A DNA stretch of 64,000 nucleotides from Pseudomonadales bacterium (GTDB lineage: Bacteria > Pseudomonadota > Gammaproteobacteria > Pseudomonadales > CAWVSB01). This document shows, piece by piece, positions 27,333-35,119 of the stretch (positions are counted from its first letter, which is position 1; each line of letters starts with the position of its first letter). The stretch lies in NCBI GenBank assembly GCA_036960375.1, contig JBALVY010000001.1, positions 576,563 through 640,562 of the forward strand, in the 5' to 3' direction. The position numbers were made by a program, and so were the translations under genes. Below the pieces are notes generated by a model, which saw only the letters and a program-made list of their open reading frames with translations, had not been told where the DNA came from and made no database searches.

Positions 27333-28190
27333 TTAGTTCAGGAACAGGTTCCAAAGGTTTAATCGGTTGGGGTCATAAGCAGTAAAGGTTTTGCCTATCG
27401 TGTCGTCGTCCGCCAGTGATGCTACCACTAGCTGCGCTAGGTCCTTGCGTCCCATGTAACTGAAGGACTCGGCGTCTTCCGTAAGTCGGGCTGTGCCCGT
27501 TGTTGGCCCTTTTGATAGGCCGCCGGGACGAATAATAGTGTAGTCGAGGCCGCTTAGCCTAAGGTGGTCCTCTGCTTTCTCTTTCAACGGAATCACTTCC
27601 TGATGCCCGCGGCGCGCCATCGGCGGCAGGCCTTCCCAGGACTTGCCAGGTCCGATGACGGTCACCAACAACATGCGCTCTACTCCCGCATTCTTGGCTG
27701 TGTCAATGATGTTGCGATTGCCAATGAAGTCGGGACGCTTATTAGGGTCCATTTTGGTCTGACCCTCGATCAGCGAGCTGATGAAATTCTTGCGGGTGGG
27801 GAGGTCCTTGGAGGACGTTCCCAAGGTTGAGATAACCGCATCGAACTTAGCTGAATTCATGATCGCAGCTAACTCGTCCTGCTTCATAGCGTCGCCCACG
27901 GCTTTGCGGATACCCAGTTCATCCAGAGCGGCAGTATTGGAAGTCGGGCGCACCAGCGCAGTCACTTCAACGCCCTGGGACTGAAGAACCCGCACAATTT
28001 CCAGGCCGGTACCTCTAGTACCGCCGACAACCAGCACCCTGCGTGTTTCAAGCGGGGTCGGGCTAAGGCTTTGGAACGAATCAGGTGTGTGGTAGATACC
28101 GCTCATCATAGCTACGTATGCCGCGGCAATCAGGAATAGGCCGAGCGATAGGAATAGGATGGTTTTACCTAGAATTTTTAACAGCCACAT
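27333..28190 (-). CDS. Membrane-anchored NAD(P)-binding Rossmann-fold protein (NmrA-like), paralog of 20727..21545
   Basis: 285 aa. N-terminal TM helix ILGKTILFLSLGLFLIAAAYVAMM, then VLVVGGTRGTGLEIVRVL. Confidence 0.75.
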   Translation of the reverse strand: MWLLKILGKTILFLSLGLFLIAAAYVAMMSGIYHTPDSFQSLSPTPLETRRVLVVGGTRGTGLEIVRVLQSQGVEVTALVRPTSNTAALDELGIRKAVGDAMKQDELAAIMNSAKFDAVISTLGTSSKDLPTRKNFISSLIEGQTKMDPNKRPDFIGNRNIIDTAKNAGVERMLLVTVIGPGKSWEGLPPMARRGHQEVIPLKEKAEDHLRLSGLDYTIIRPGGLSKGPTTGTARLTEDAESFSYMGRKDLAQLVVASLADDDTIGKTFTAYDPNRLNLWNLFLN

Positions 28191-28462
28191 TATTCTTTTC
28201 TCCGTGTGGGAGGCGTCGTAAGGGAAAGTTCGATCGCCTTTGCAGATTCTGTAAGAACGGCCAAATATTGGTCGTTGGCCATGAAACTAACAATAAGCCC
28301 GCATGGTGGTCTCGTTGACCCGATAGCCCCGGTTGCAGGTACCATACCGCCACGGTCTAGTTGATACAAAATATTTGAAGATCGAATTCATGGAAACCTG
28401 TGATGTGCTGGTTGTTGGCGCAGGGCCCGTTGGAACTATTGAATAGAGAAGGGGAGTTAAAT

Positions 28463-29209
28463 ATGACTGATGTACGTGGCTGGAGAGCCAAGTTCGGTGT
28501 CTTGGGGCCGTCAACCAATACTATTGTGCAGCCCGATTTTGACGACTTGCGCCTGCCTGGTGTGACCAACCATTACAGTCGCATTGTGGTGCAGAATGCC
28601 AATGCTATGTCCGATGAGACCTTCATGGCCGGTACCCAGGAAATTTCCACGCATACACTGGAAGCCGTGCGTGGTGTGCTCACTTGTGCGCCGGACTATC
28701 TAGTTATGGGTATGTCGGCGGTGACCTTCTATGGCGGCGCCGAAGGCGCGGCCGAGTGGAAGAAGAACGTGGTGGACAACGCCGGGCTGGATATTTCCAT
28801 TGGCTCGGAGTCGCTAGTGGCTGCCATCGAGGCTTATGGTGGGATTAAACGGGTGGCATTTCTGTCGCCGTACTTTCCTGTTGCCAACGCCGAAGTAGCC
28901 AACTATCTCTCGGATTTTGGTATTGAGACTGTGCGCGATGTTTGCCTGCGCTGTCCTAGCTGGACCTCCATTGCCGAGGTTGCCGAGGATACACTGGTTG
29001 ACACTGTGGCATCGCTGGACGGCGACGATGTCGACGCAATCCTGCAGGTAGGCACCAACCTGTCCATGCTAAGCCTGGCGGGCAAGCTGGAAAAACAGCT
29101 AGCCAAGCCGGTGATCGCGATTAATGCAGCCACCTACTGGCACGCGCTTCGCGCGAATAATATTACCGACAAAATTTCGGGCTTTGGCCGCCTGCTTGAG
29201 GAGTTCTAG
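28463..29209 (+). CDS. Asp/Glu/hydantoin-racemase superfamily protein (maleate isomerase / arylmalonate decarboxylase-like)
   Basis: 248 aa from ATG 28463 (RBS GAAGGGGAG). GVLGPSTNTIVQPDF, LVMGMSAVTFYGG, VAFLSPYF and ILQVGTNLSM match the two-lobed layout of this family. Confidence 0.75.
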   Translation: MTDVRGWRAKFGVLGPSTNTIVQPDFDDLRLPGVTNHYSRIVVQNANAMSDETFMAGTQEISTHTLEAVRGVLTCAPDYLVMGMSAVTFYGGAEGAAEWKKNVVDNAGLDISIGSESLVAAIEAYGGIKRVAFLSPYFPVANAEVANYLSDFGIETVRDVCLRCPSWTSIAEVAEDTLVDTVASLDGDDVDAILQVGTNLSMLSLAGKLEKQLAKPVIAINAATYWHALRANNITDKISGFGRLLEEF

Positions 29210-29210
29210 T

Positions 29211-30125
29211 ATGGATTATCCCTATGTACCAATCTGTGACAGAGGGCCGCTGTCATTTCCTGATGGCAAACGGGTTGCGCTTATTATGACGTTCAATCTA
29301 GAGACCTGGGACCTGGTAAAGGAAACCGATCAACCTTATTACGCCGGTGGCCCGGCGATTCTGCCCAATACGTTGCCGGGGAACATTCCCGATTATCCAA
29401 ACTACTCATGGCGGGAGTACGGCCAGCGGGTGGGCATCTGGCGCCTGTACGAGCTTTTCGACAGCCTGGGTGTGGCCGCCAGTTGCACCACCAACGCGGT
29501 GACGTTTGAGCGCCGCAATCCGATGGTGAAGGCCTGTCTCGATCGCGGCTGGGAACTGCTTGCACATAATTATGAGCAGGGTGAATTACTAACAGACTAC
29601 GCTCATGACCCGGAGCGGGAGCGGGCAGTGATCGACAAAACGATCGATATCTATACCCGGCATGTGGGGCGCAAGCCTTTGGGGTGGTTGTCGTCATCCT
29701 TGCGGGGCACACTCAATACCGCTGCGATCCTCGCAGAGCGCGGCTTTCTGTTTTACTGCGACATTATGAATGATGACCAGCCATACATGATCGATACCGA
29801 GGCAGGCCAGATTGTTTCCATTCCCTACTCAAATGAAATCAACGATTTCACCATTCTCACCCGAAGTAATCATACTACCGACCAGTACCGAGACATTCTG
29901 ATTGAGGAGCTCGATGTGCTCTACCAGGAAGGTGCGACCAGTGGCCGTATTATGAATGTGGGTTTGCACCCGCATGTGAGCGGGCGCGCCTATCGCGTGA
30001 GAGCCGTTCGAGAGTTTATTGAGCATGCCAAGAGCCTGGACGGGGTCTGGTGGACGACGCGCGAAGAGCTGGCGCGCTGGTATCTTGAAAATAGACAAGG
30101 TCATATGGATGCCTCCAATGCATAA
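29211..30125 (+). CDS. Polysaccharide-deacetylase-fold hydrolase, PuuE (allantoinase)-like
   Basis: 304 aa from ATG 29211, 1 nt after the upstream stop. It is collinear with my recollection of PuuE: YGQRVGIWRLYELF, RKPLGWL, GFLFYCDIMNDDQPYM, SIPYSNEINDF, VGLHPHVSGRAYRVRAVREFIEHAK. Confidence 0.8.
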   Translation: MDYPYVPICDRGPLSFPDGKRVALIMTFNLETWDLVKETDQPYYAGGPAILPNTLPGNIPDYPNYSWREYGQRVGIWRLYELFDSLGVAASCTTNAVTFERRNPMVKACLDRGWELLAHNYEQGELLTDYAHDPERERAVIDKTIDIYTRHVGRKPLGWLSSSLRGTLNTAAILAERGFLFYCDIMNDDQPYMIDTEAGQIVSIPYSNEINDFTILTRSNHTTDQYRDILIEELDVLYQEGATSGRIMNVGLHPHVSGRAYRVRAVREFIEHAKSLDGVWWTTREELARWYLENRQGHMDASNA

Positions 30126-30753
30126 AAGTACCCGAAGGAATTTTTTGGTCTTCGTGGGTATCATGTTGCTGGGGCTGATACCCAGCGAGATCTACTTGTT
30201 GTCAGCGGGGTTCAGTGACGACAGTCTGAATATGGTGCTGCGGCAAACGGCCCGCTCCAGTCTCTTGTTCTTTTTGCTGGCCTTTGTTGCCACGCCATTG
30301 CGTCAACTCGTGGATCTTCCTGTGGCTCGCTGGTTAGTGCGTCACCGGCGTTCGCTGGGCCTCGCGTTTGGCGGTATGCAGAGCGCGCACCTCCTGTTAA
30401 TCGCCTGTCGGTACGCGGCGATTCCCGGCGTAGATTTAAATCCGATAGTGGGGACCATTGGTGGCACAGCCTATCTGCTGATGTACCTGATGGTTGTTAC
30501 TTCCTTCAACGCGCCGCGGCGGTTTATAAGCGCAGTGGCTTGGCAGCGCCTGCACAAGGTGGGGCTGTACTATAACGGATTTCTCTTTTTGGCCATGCTA
30601 CCACCGGGCGCAGATGAGCAGTTGCTGAACCCTGGCCGTGCTGTACTGATCGTACTGACGACCATCGCCGTGTTAGTCCGGGTGGCAGAGTTCGCGAGTC
30701 ACTGGCGTAAATCCAGAACGGCAAAGCAACGTGCGGTAGGCGAATCCTTGTGA
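30109..30753 (+). CDS. Ferric-reductase-like transmembrane protein (MsrQ/YedZ-like)
   Basis: About 214 aa with 5-6 TM segments. Conserved-looking His residues in RRSLGLAFGGMQSAHLLLI and AWQRLHKVGLYYNGF. The start is uncertain (ATG 30109 or 30118); both overlap the upstream gene end. Confidence 0.5.
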   Translation: MPPMHKSTRRNFLVFVGIMLLGLIPSEIYLLSAGFSDDSLNMVLRQTARSSLLFFLLAFVATPLRQLVDLPVARWLVRHRRSLGLAFGGMQSAHLLLIACRYAAIPGVDLNPIVGTIGGTAYLLMYLMVVTSFNAPRRFISAVAWQRLHKVGLYYNGFLFLAMLPPGADEQLLNPGRAVLIVLTTIAVLVRVAEFASHWRKSRTAKQRAVGESL

Positions 30754-30841
30754 TATTGCGAATGAAGATATATGAAAGTTTTGGGCTGGAAAAATAGGCA
30801 AGATAACGTGATTTTGACAAGTCTGATTCGAGAGGTATGAA

Positions 30842-32779
30842 ATGGAAAATAGTTTGAAAAGAGTGGATCTAGCGGATTCACTCTCAATTTCCCGTCGCCG
30901 TTTTGTTACAGGGGCTACTGCAAGTGGTGTGCTATTGGGCTTGGGGCTGGGCTCGACGTTGTCTTTAGCATCGGCCCAAAGCCGTACAGGACCAACGACT
31001 CTGCGCGGGAGGGAATTTGACCTCAATATCGGCTATCAACCCGTTAACTTCACGGGTAAAAATCGTATGGCCACTGCCGTCAATGGGTCGGTGCCCGCGC
31101 CGATATTACGTTGGCGCGAGGGAGACCGGGTCACCTTGCGAGTAAAAAACAACCTTGCAGAAGATAGCTCTATTCATTGGCACGGCCTTATTTTGCCAAC
31201 AGATATGGATGGTGTGCCAGGGCTGAGTTTTGGTGGCATTAAGCCGGGTGAAACTTTCGAATACCAGTTTGATATTAATCAAAGCGGCACCTATTGGTAC
31301 CACAGTCATTCTGGATTCCAGGAACCGACGGGTCTGTATGGTGCCATCATTATTGATCCTAAGGAGCCAGATCCTGTCAGCTATGATCGGGATTATGTGG
31401 TCATGTTGTCGGATTGGTCTGATGAAGATCCGCAAGATATCTATGCTAAGTTGAAAAAGCTTAGTCATTATTACAACTTCCGCGAGCGCACGGCAGCTGA
31501 CGTCTGGCGCGACATTAAGGCCAAGGGTATTACGCAAACATGGAACGATCGCGCCATGTGGAATCAGATGCGGATGAGTGATCGCGATATATCCGATGTA
31601 ACGGGTTACACCTACACCTATCTGATGAATGGCGTGACACCGGATGAAGGCTGGGTCGGACTGTTTAAACGAGGCGAAAAGGTGCGCTTGCGCTTTATCA
31701 ATGGCTCGGCAATGACATTGTTTGACGTGCGTATTCCAGGTTTGAAAATGACGGTTGTGGCCACTGACGGTCAGAATATAGAGCCGGTGACCGTTGATGA
31801 ATTTCGTATCGGCGTTGCAGAGACCTACGATGTGGTTGTAGAACCAAGTGATGACAGCGCGCATACCATTTTCGCTCAAAGTATTGATCGTACAGGTTAT
31901 ACGCGAGGCACGTTAACGCCAGATATTGGGTTAACTTCAGTGGTACCCAGCATGGATGCAGCGCCGATTTTAGCTCACCGGGATATGGGCATGAATCACA
32001 GTATGCACGGAACGGCAGATATGGCCGACATGGGTGGCATGGATCATAGCTCCCATCAGATGAACGAGAAGCCAGCTATGGATCATAGCGCCCATCAGAT
32101 GAGCGAGAAGCCAGCGATGGATCATAGCTCTCATCAGATGAGCGAGAAGCCAGCGATGGATCATAGCTCTCATCAGATGAGCGGCATGAAAACAATGGAG
32201 CCTAAAATCCATGGGGAAACCTTAGGAAAAGCAGGTTTCGGTAGCAGCCGTGAAATAACCCACGTTGCCAGCGAGCAGGGGCCTCACGTCGATATGCGTG
32301 CAGCGGCACCGCAGAGTGGTTTGAATGACCCAGGTATTGGTTTGCGAAATCACCAGCAGGAGCACGGACGAAGAGTACTGACGTATGCTGATATTAAAAA
32401 TCTCTACCCCACCCAAGATCCACGTGAACCCACCCGAGAAATAGAGCTGCACTTAACAGGCAATATGAGCCGGTATATGTGGTCGATGAACGGGATTAAA
32501 TTTTCTGATGCCGATCCTTTAGAGTTGAAATACGGTGAGCGTGTTCGTATTACTCTGGTCAACGACACTATGATGAGTCACCCCATGCATTTACATGGTA
32601 TGTGGAGTGAGCTGGAAACCGGCGATCCCAAACATCTTCCGCGTAAGCATACGGTTATCGTACAGCCAGGATCAAAAATCAGTTATTTGGTGACGGCTGA
32701 TGCCATTGGTCGCTGGGCCTATCACTGCCATCTGGTCTATCACATGCCGGGTATGTTCCGTGAAGTTCGGGTGAGCTAA
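30842..32779 (+). CDS. copA: Copper-resistance multicopper oxidase CopA
   Basis: 645 aa. Tat signal SRRRFVTGATASGVLLGLG. Cu-site motifs HWHG, WYHSH, HPMHLHGM and YHCHLVYHM. Central Met/His-rich repeats. Confidence 0.9.
   Translation: MENSLKRVDLADSLSISRRRFVTGATASGVLLGLGLGSTLSLASAQSRTGPTTLRGREFDLNIGYQPVNFTGKNRMATAVNGSVPAPILRWREGDRVTLRVKNNLAEDSSIHWHGLILPTDMDGVPGLSFGGIKPGETFEYQFDINQSGTYWYHSHSGFQEPTGLYGAIIIDPKEPDPVSYDRDYVVMLSDWSDEDPQDIYAKLKKLSHYYNFRERTAADVWRDIKAKGITQTWNDRAMWNQMRMSDRDISDVTGYTYTYLMNGVTPDEGWVGLFKRGEKVRLRFINGSAMTLFDVRIPGLKMTVVATDGQNIEPVTVDEFRIGVAETYDVVVEPSDDSAHTIFAQSIDRTGYTRGTLTPDIGLTSVVPSMDAAPILAHRDMGMNHSMHGTADMADMGGMDHSSHQMNEKPAMDHSAHQMSEKPAMDHSSHQMSEKPAMDHSSHQMSGMKTMEPKIHGETLGKAGFGSSREITHVASEQGPHVDMRAAAPQSGLNDPGIGLRNHQQEHGRRVLTYADIKNLYPTQDPREPTREIELHLTGNMSRYMWSMNGIKFSDADPLELKYGERVRITLVNDTMMSHPMHLHGMWSELETGDPKHLPRKHTVIVQPGSKISYLVTADAIGRWAYHCHLVYHMPGMFREVRVS
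32039..32182 (+). repeat. In-frame 39-nt tandem repeat (about 3.7 copies) inside copA
   Basis: ATGGATCATAGC[TG]C[CT]CATCAGATGA[AG]CGAGAAGCCAGC[TG] repeats at 32039, 32078, 32117 and 32156 (the last copy partial). It encodes MDHS[SA]HQM[NS]EKPA. Confidence 0.9.
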
Positions 32780-32792
32780 GGAGAATTAACCA

Positions 32793-33545
32793 ATGACGCC
32801 ATCTATAAAACAAGTAACAAAATTACCGGCGAACAAATTTAGGGAATACTTGCCTGCATTAGCGATCTTTTTACTGTTCGGATCAGCCGGTTCAGCGGTA
32901 GCCAGCAGCAAGGATGATCCTCTATTGGGCAAGGTTCTGATAGACCAGCTAGAGGTGCGTGATGCCGATGAAGGCAATCCAGTGGTACTAGAGGGGCAGG
33001 CTTGGATTGGAAAAGACCTTCAGAAAATTTGGTTCAAAGCAGAGGTAGAGCGCGCGGGTAGTGAAACCGAAGAAGCGGAATTGCAAGCGCTGGTTAGCCG
33101 GGCAATTGCTCCGTACTGGGATATGCAAATTGGATTGCGACAGAATTTTGAGCCGACACCCAGTAGAAGCTGGGCGGTCATTGGCGTTCAAGGTCTCGCT
33201 CCGTATTTCTTTGAAATCGATACAGCATTGTTTGTCGGAGAGGGCGGGCGCACTGCGTTTCGACTGGAGGCAGAGTATGAAATATTGCTTTCCCAGCGGC
33301 TGATTTTGACCCCCGAGATTGAAGTAAATGTGCATGGCCAAAACGATGCCGACCTTGGTATAGGTTCCGGATTATCTGACATTGAGGCAGGTCTCAGACT
33401 TCGGTATGAAATTCGTCGTGAGTTTGCACCCTATATCGGTGTCAACTGGAACAAGTCCTTTGGTAATACCGCAGATTTAGCACGTAAAGCAGGGGAAGAC
33501 ATCGATGATCTAGTGTGGGTGATTGGGGTGCGGGCGTGGTTTTAA
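32793..33545 (+). CDS. copB: Copper-resistance outer-membrane protein CopB
   Basis: 250 aa. It lies directly downstream of copA (RBS AAGGAGA) and has a signal peptide. CopB-type C-terminal barrel ending ...VIGVRAWF. Confidence 0.85.
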   Translation: MTPSIKQVTKLPANKFREYLPALAIFLLFGSAGSAVASSKDDPLLGKVLIDQLEVRDADEGNPVVLEGQAWIGKDLQKIWFKAEVERAGSETEEAELQALVSRAIAPYWDMQIGLRQNFEPTPSRSWAVIGVQGLAPYFFEIDTALFVGEGGRTAFRLEAEYEILLSQRLILTPEIEVNVHGQNDADLGIGSGLSDIEAGLRLRYEIRREFAPYIGVNWNKSFGNTADLARKAGEDIDDLVWVIGVRAWF

Positions 33546-33773
33546 CGGTCTTTAGGGAATAGAGGTTGAAGGAGCTGTGGCAAAATCGGTGCCTAGGATT
33601 GGTTAATTACATTAGTACCTGTCTAGGCTCCATCTCAAGCTCTTTTCTAGACGGAAATGAGATCAGAGAGCTTAAAGGTTTCGATCGAGATTAGTGAGAG
33701 GATTAGCGATGAGCCAAGCCCGGATTTTTCTGTTGGTCCCCTGATAGTCCCTGCTTGGTCCCTAAACGAAAAA

Positions 33774-33801
33774 GGCCGGAATATATTTAAATATTCCGGC
33801 C
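33774..33801. terminator. Bidirectional rho-independent terminator (copB / tRNA-Leu)
   Basis: GGCCGGAATAT...ATATTCCGGCC hairpin, flanked by A5 upstream and T5 downstream. Confidence 0.6.
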
Positions 33802-33843
33802 TTTTTCTTGTCTATAAATCTTTATATATCAATGGTATATGTG

Positions 33844-33930
33844 TGGTGCCCAGGGGGAGACTCGAACTCCCACGACCATAAGGTCACTAGCACCTGAAGC
33901 TAGCGCGTCTACCAATTCCGCCACCTGGGC
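33844..33930 (-). tRNA. tRNA-Leu (anticodon CAG), 87 nt with long variable arm and encoded CCA
   Basis: Reverse complement: GCCCAGGTGGCGGAATTGGTAGACGCGCTAGCTTCAGGTGCTAGTGACCTTATGGTCGTGGGAGTTCGAGTCTCCCCCTGGGCACCA. Acceptor stem GCCCAGG/CCTGGGC. Anticodon stem CTAGC/GCTAG with loop TTCAGGT. T-arm GGGAG-TTCGAGT-CTCCC. Confidence 0.95.
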
Positions 33931-33949
33931 TCTCGGCTATGCCGAAGAG

Positions 33950-33992
33950 GAAGCGCACTGTAATGGCAGATAGCTTATATGTCAATACTGGC
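33950..33992 (-). promoter_or_regulatory. Sigma70 stable-RNA-type promoter of tRNA-Leu (copy R1)
   Basis: On the minus strand: TTGACA (33985-33980), a 17-nt spacer, TACAGT (33962-33957), then the GC-rich discriminator GCGCTTC. The mature tRNA 5-prime end is about 20 nt downstream. Confidence 0.6.
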
Positions 33993-34247
33993 TCGCCCGG
34001 ATGAGTTATTGGCAAAATTGTCTGGTGGCAATAACTTCACTTCGTGGCATCCCGTCTAAAGTTATTCTTCTTTGGGAAAAAAGTGAGAATAAGATCGTTA
34101 CAAATCAGGAGGTTCTAAGATTGATACTGAGAGGAAATATTAATTAGTATGAACACATCGTTCATCGTGGAAATAGAGCAACGGAATAAGGGCTGCCCTC
34201 GCCCTGAGGAGTGCAGAAAATGGAAGATGAGGCGATATAGTGTTACC

Positions 34248-34270
34248 GTTGTTAAGCATTGTTTAACAAC
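34248..34270 (+). promoter_or_regulatory. Candidate antitoxin operator
   Basis: GTTGTTAA (34248-55) and TTAACAAC (34263-70) form a perfect 8-nt inverted repeat with a 7-nt spacer, 18 nt upstream of the antitoxin start. Confidence 0.4.
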
Positions 34271-34287
34271 AGTAAACAGGTGACCTT

Positions 34288-34551
34288 ATGTTAGGCGTCC
34301 GATTAGACGAACAACTTGAAAAGCGCTTAAATGCTTTAGCTGCTAAGACACATCGCTCCAAGAGCTTCTTAGCCAAAGAGGCGTTAATCCGCTATATCGA
34401 AGAAGAAGAGCGTAAGCAGCGTGAAAACGAGCAGACAATGGCGCGTTGGGAGGAGTATCAGGAGACTGGCGAAACAGTGAACAATGAAGATATGATGGAT
34501 TGGCTGGAGTCTTGGGGTACCGATGTGGAGAAACCATGCCCAGCGAAATAG
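34288..34551 (+). CDS. Ribbon-helix-helix (CopG/ParD-like) type II antitoxin
   Basis: 87 aa. MLGVRLDEQLEKRLNALAAKTHRSKSFLAKEALIRYIEEEE is a typical RHH N-terminus. The 3-prime end overlaps the toxin start. Confidence 0.8.
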   Translation: MLGVRLDEQLEKRLNALAAKTHRSKSFLAKEALIRYIEEEERKQRENEQTMARWEEYQETGETVNNEDMMDWLESWGTDVEKPCPAK

Positions 34552-34829
34552 TCTGGTTACCTGATGCATCTAGAGATGTTGCCCGTCTTAGAAACTTTAT
34601 TAAATCAAAAAAAACCCGTGCGGCACAGCGTGCCGCCAAACGTATGGTTGAAGGTGTAAATATCCTGCGAGAGAACCCTCAAGCGGGCGTGCCAGGGGAA
34701 GATTTTAGCGATTACAGAGATCTTATGCTGACATTTGGAGCAGGAGAATACATCATCAGGTACAGGCAAGAAGCGGTGAATCGAGTTGTGATCGTTCGTG
34801 TTCGCCATAGCAAAGAAGAAGGAATTTGA
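34536..34829 (+). CDS. RelE/ParE-family type II toxin
   Basis: 97 aa from ATG 34536 (MPSEIVWLPDASRDVARLRNFI...YIIRYRQEAVNRVVIVRVRHSKE). The 16-nt overlap with the antitoxin is a typical toxin-antitoxin arrangement. Confidence 0.85.
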   Translation: MPSEIVWLPDASRDVARLRNFIKSKKTRAAQRAAKRMVEGVNILRENPQAGVPGEDFSDYRDLMLTFGAGEYIIRYRQEAVNRVVIVRVRHSKEEGI

Positions 34830-34930
34830 TTTCTATAGAAATCAAACAGGACTGGGAACAGGTGGAGAGAGGCTTCTGAGTCACCCTGCTAGTTCAGCCG
34901 CCGTCAATGATACCCTGAGTTAATACACCG

Positions 34931-34973
34931 GAAGCGCAATTTAATGGCAGGTAGTCTACATGCCAATACTGCC
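34931..34973 (-). promoter_or_regulatory. Orphan second copy (R2) of the tRNA-type promoter, pointing antisense into the toxin-antitoxin cassette
   Basis: 35 of 43 nt identical to R1. On the minus strand: TTGGCA (34966-61), 17-nt spacer, TAAATT (34943-38), and the same GCGCTTC discriminator. I recognise no RNA gene downstream. Confidence 0.4.
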
Positions 34974-35119
34974 GTGAGTGCGATAGCCAATACCGAGCGG
35001 GCCAAACACGCCTTCGGTGACGATCAGCAGCGCTTTTCAAGCCTCGACCAAATTACCCCTGGCAACAGTCGATATTGGAGTAGACTCTGCTCTTGGAATA
35101 TTAACGATAGGAAGTTGCT

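Noticed and set aside
30754-30841. TTGACA at 30816-30821 upstream of copA read as a promoter -35 element.
   Set aside because: The best -10 candidate would overlap the copA start codon. No CopR or CueR-type operator is recognisable, so the evidence is too weak to annotate.
31106-31879. A 257-aa ORF antisense to copA. Similar long antisense or off-frame ORFs occur at 20754..21365, 23620..24171, 25398..25973, 8871..9383, 6656..7168 and 62851..63354.
   Set aside because: Each lies entirely inside a gene with strong family motifs on the other strand or in another frame. None has recognisable motifs or a start context.
32039-32182. A regularly spaced 39-nt repeat that could be mistaken for a small CRISPR-like array.
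   Set aside because: The copies are directly adjacent with no spacers. They are in frame within copA and encode the Met/His-rich copper-binding loop.
34825-34846. The perfect 22-nt palindrome at the toxin stop codon read as a rho-independent terminator.
   Set aside because: The stem is AT-rich with no loop, and no T-tract follows. It is recorded under the promoter-duplication finding rather than called a terminator.
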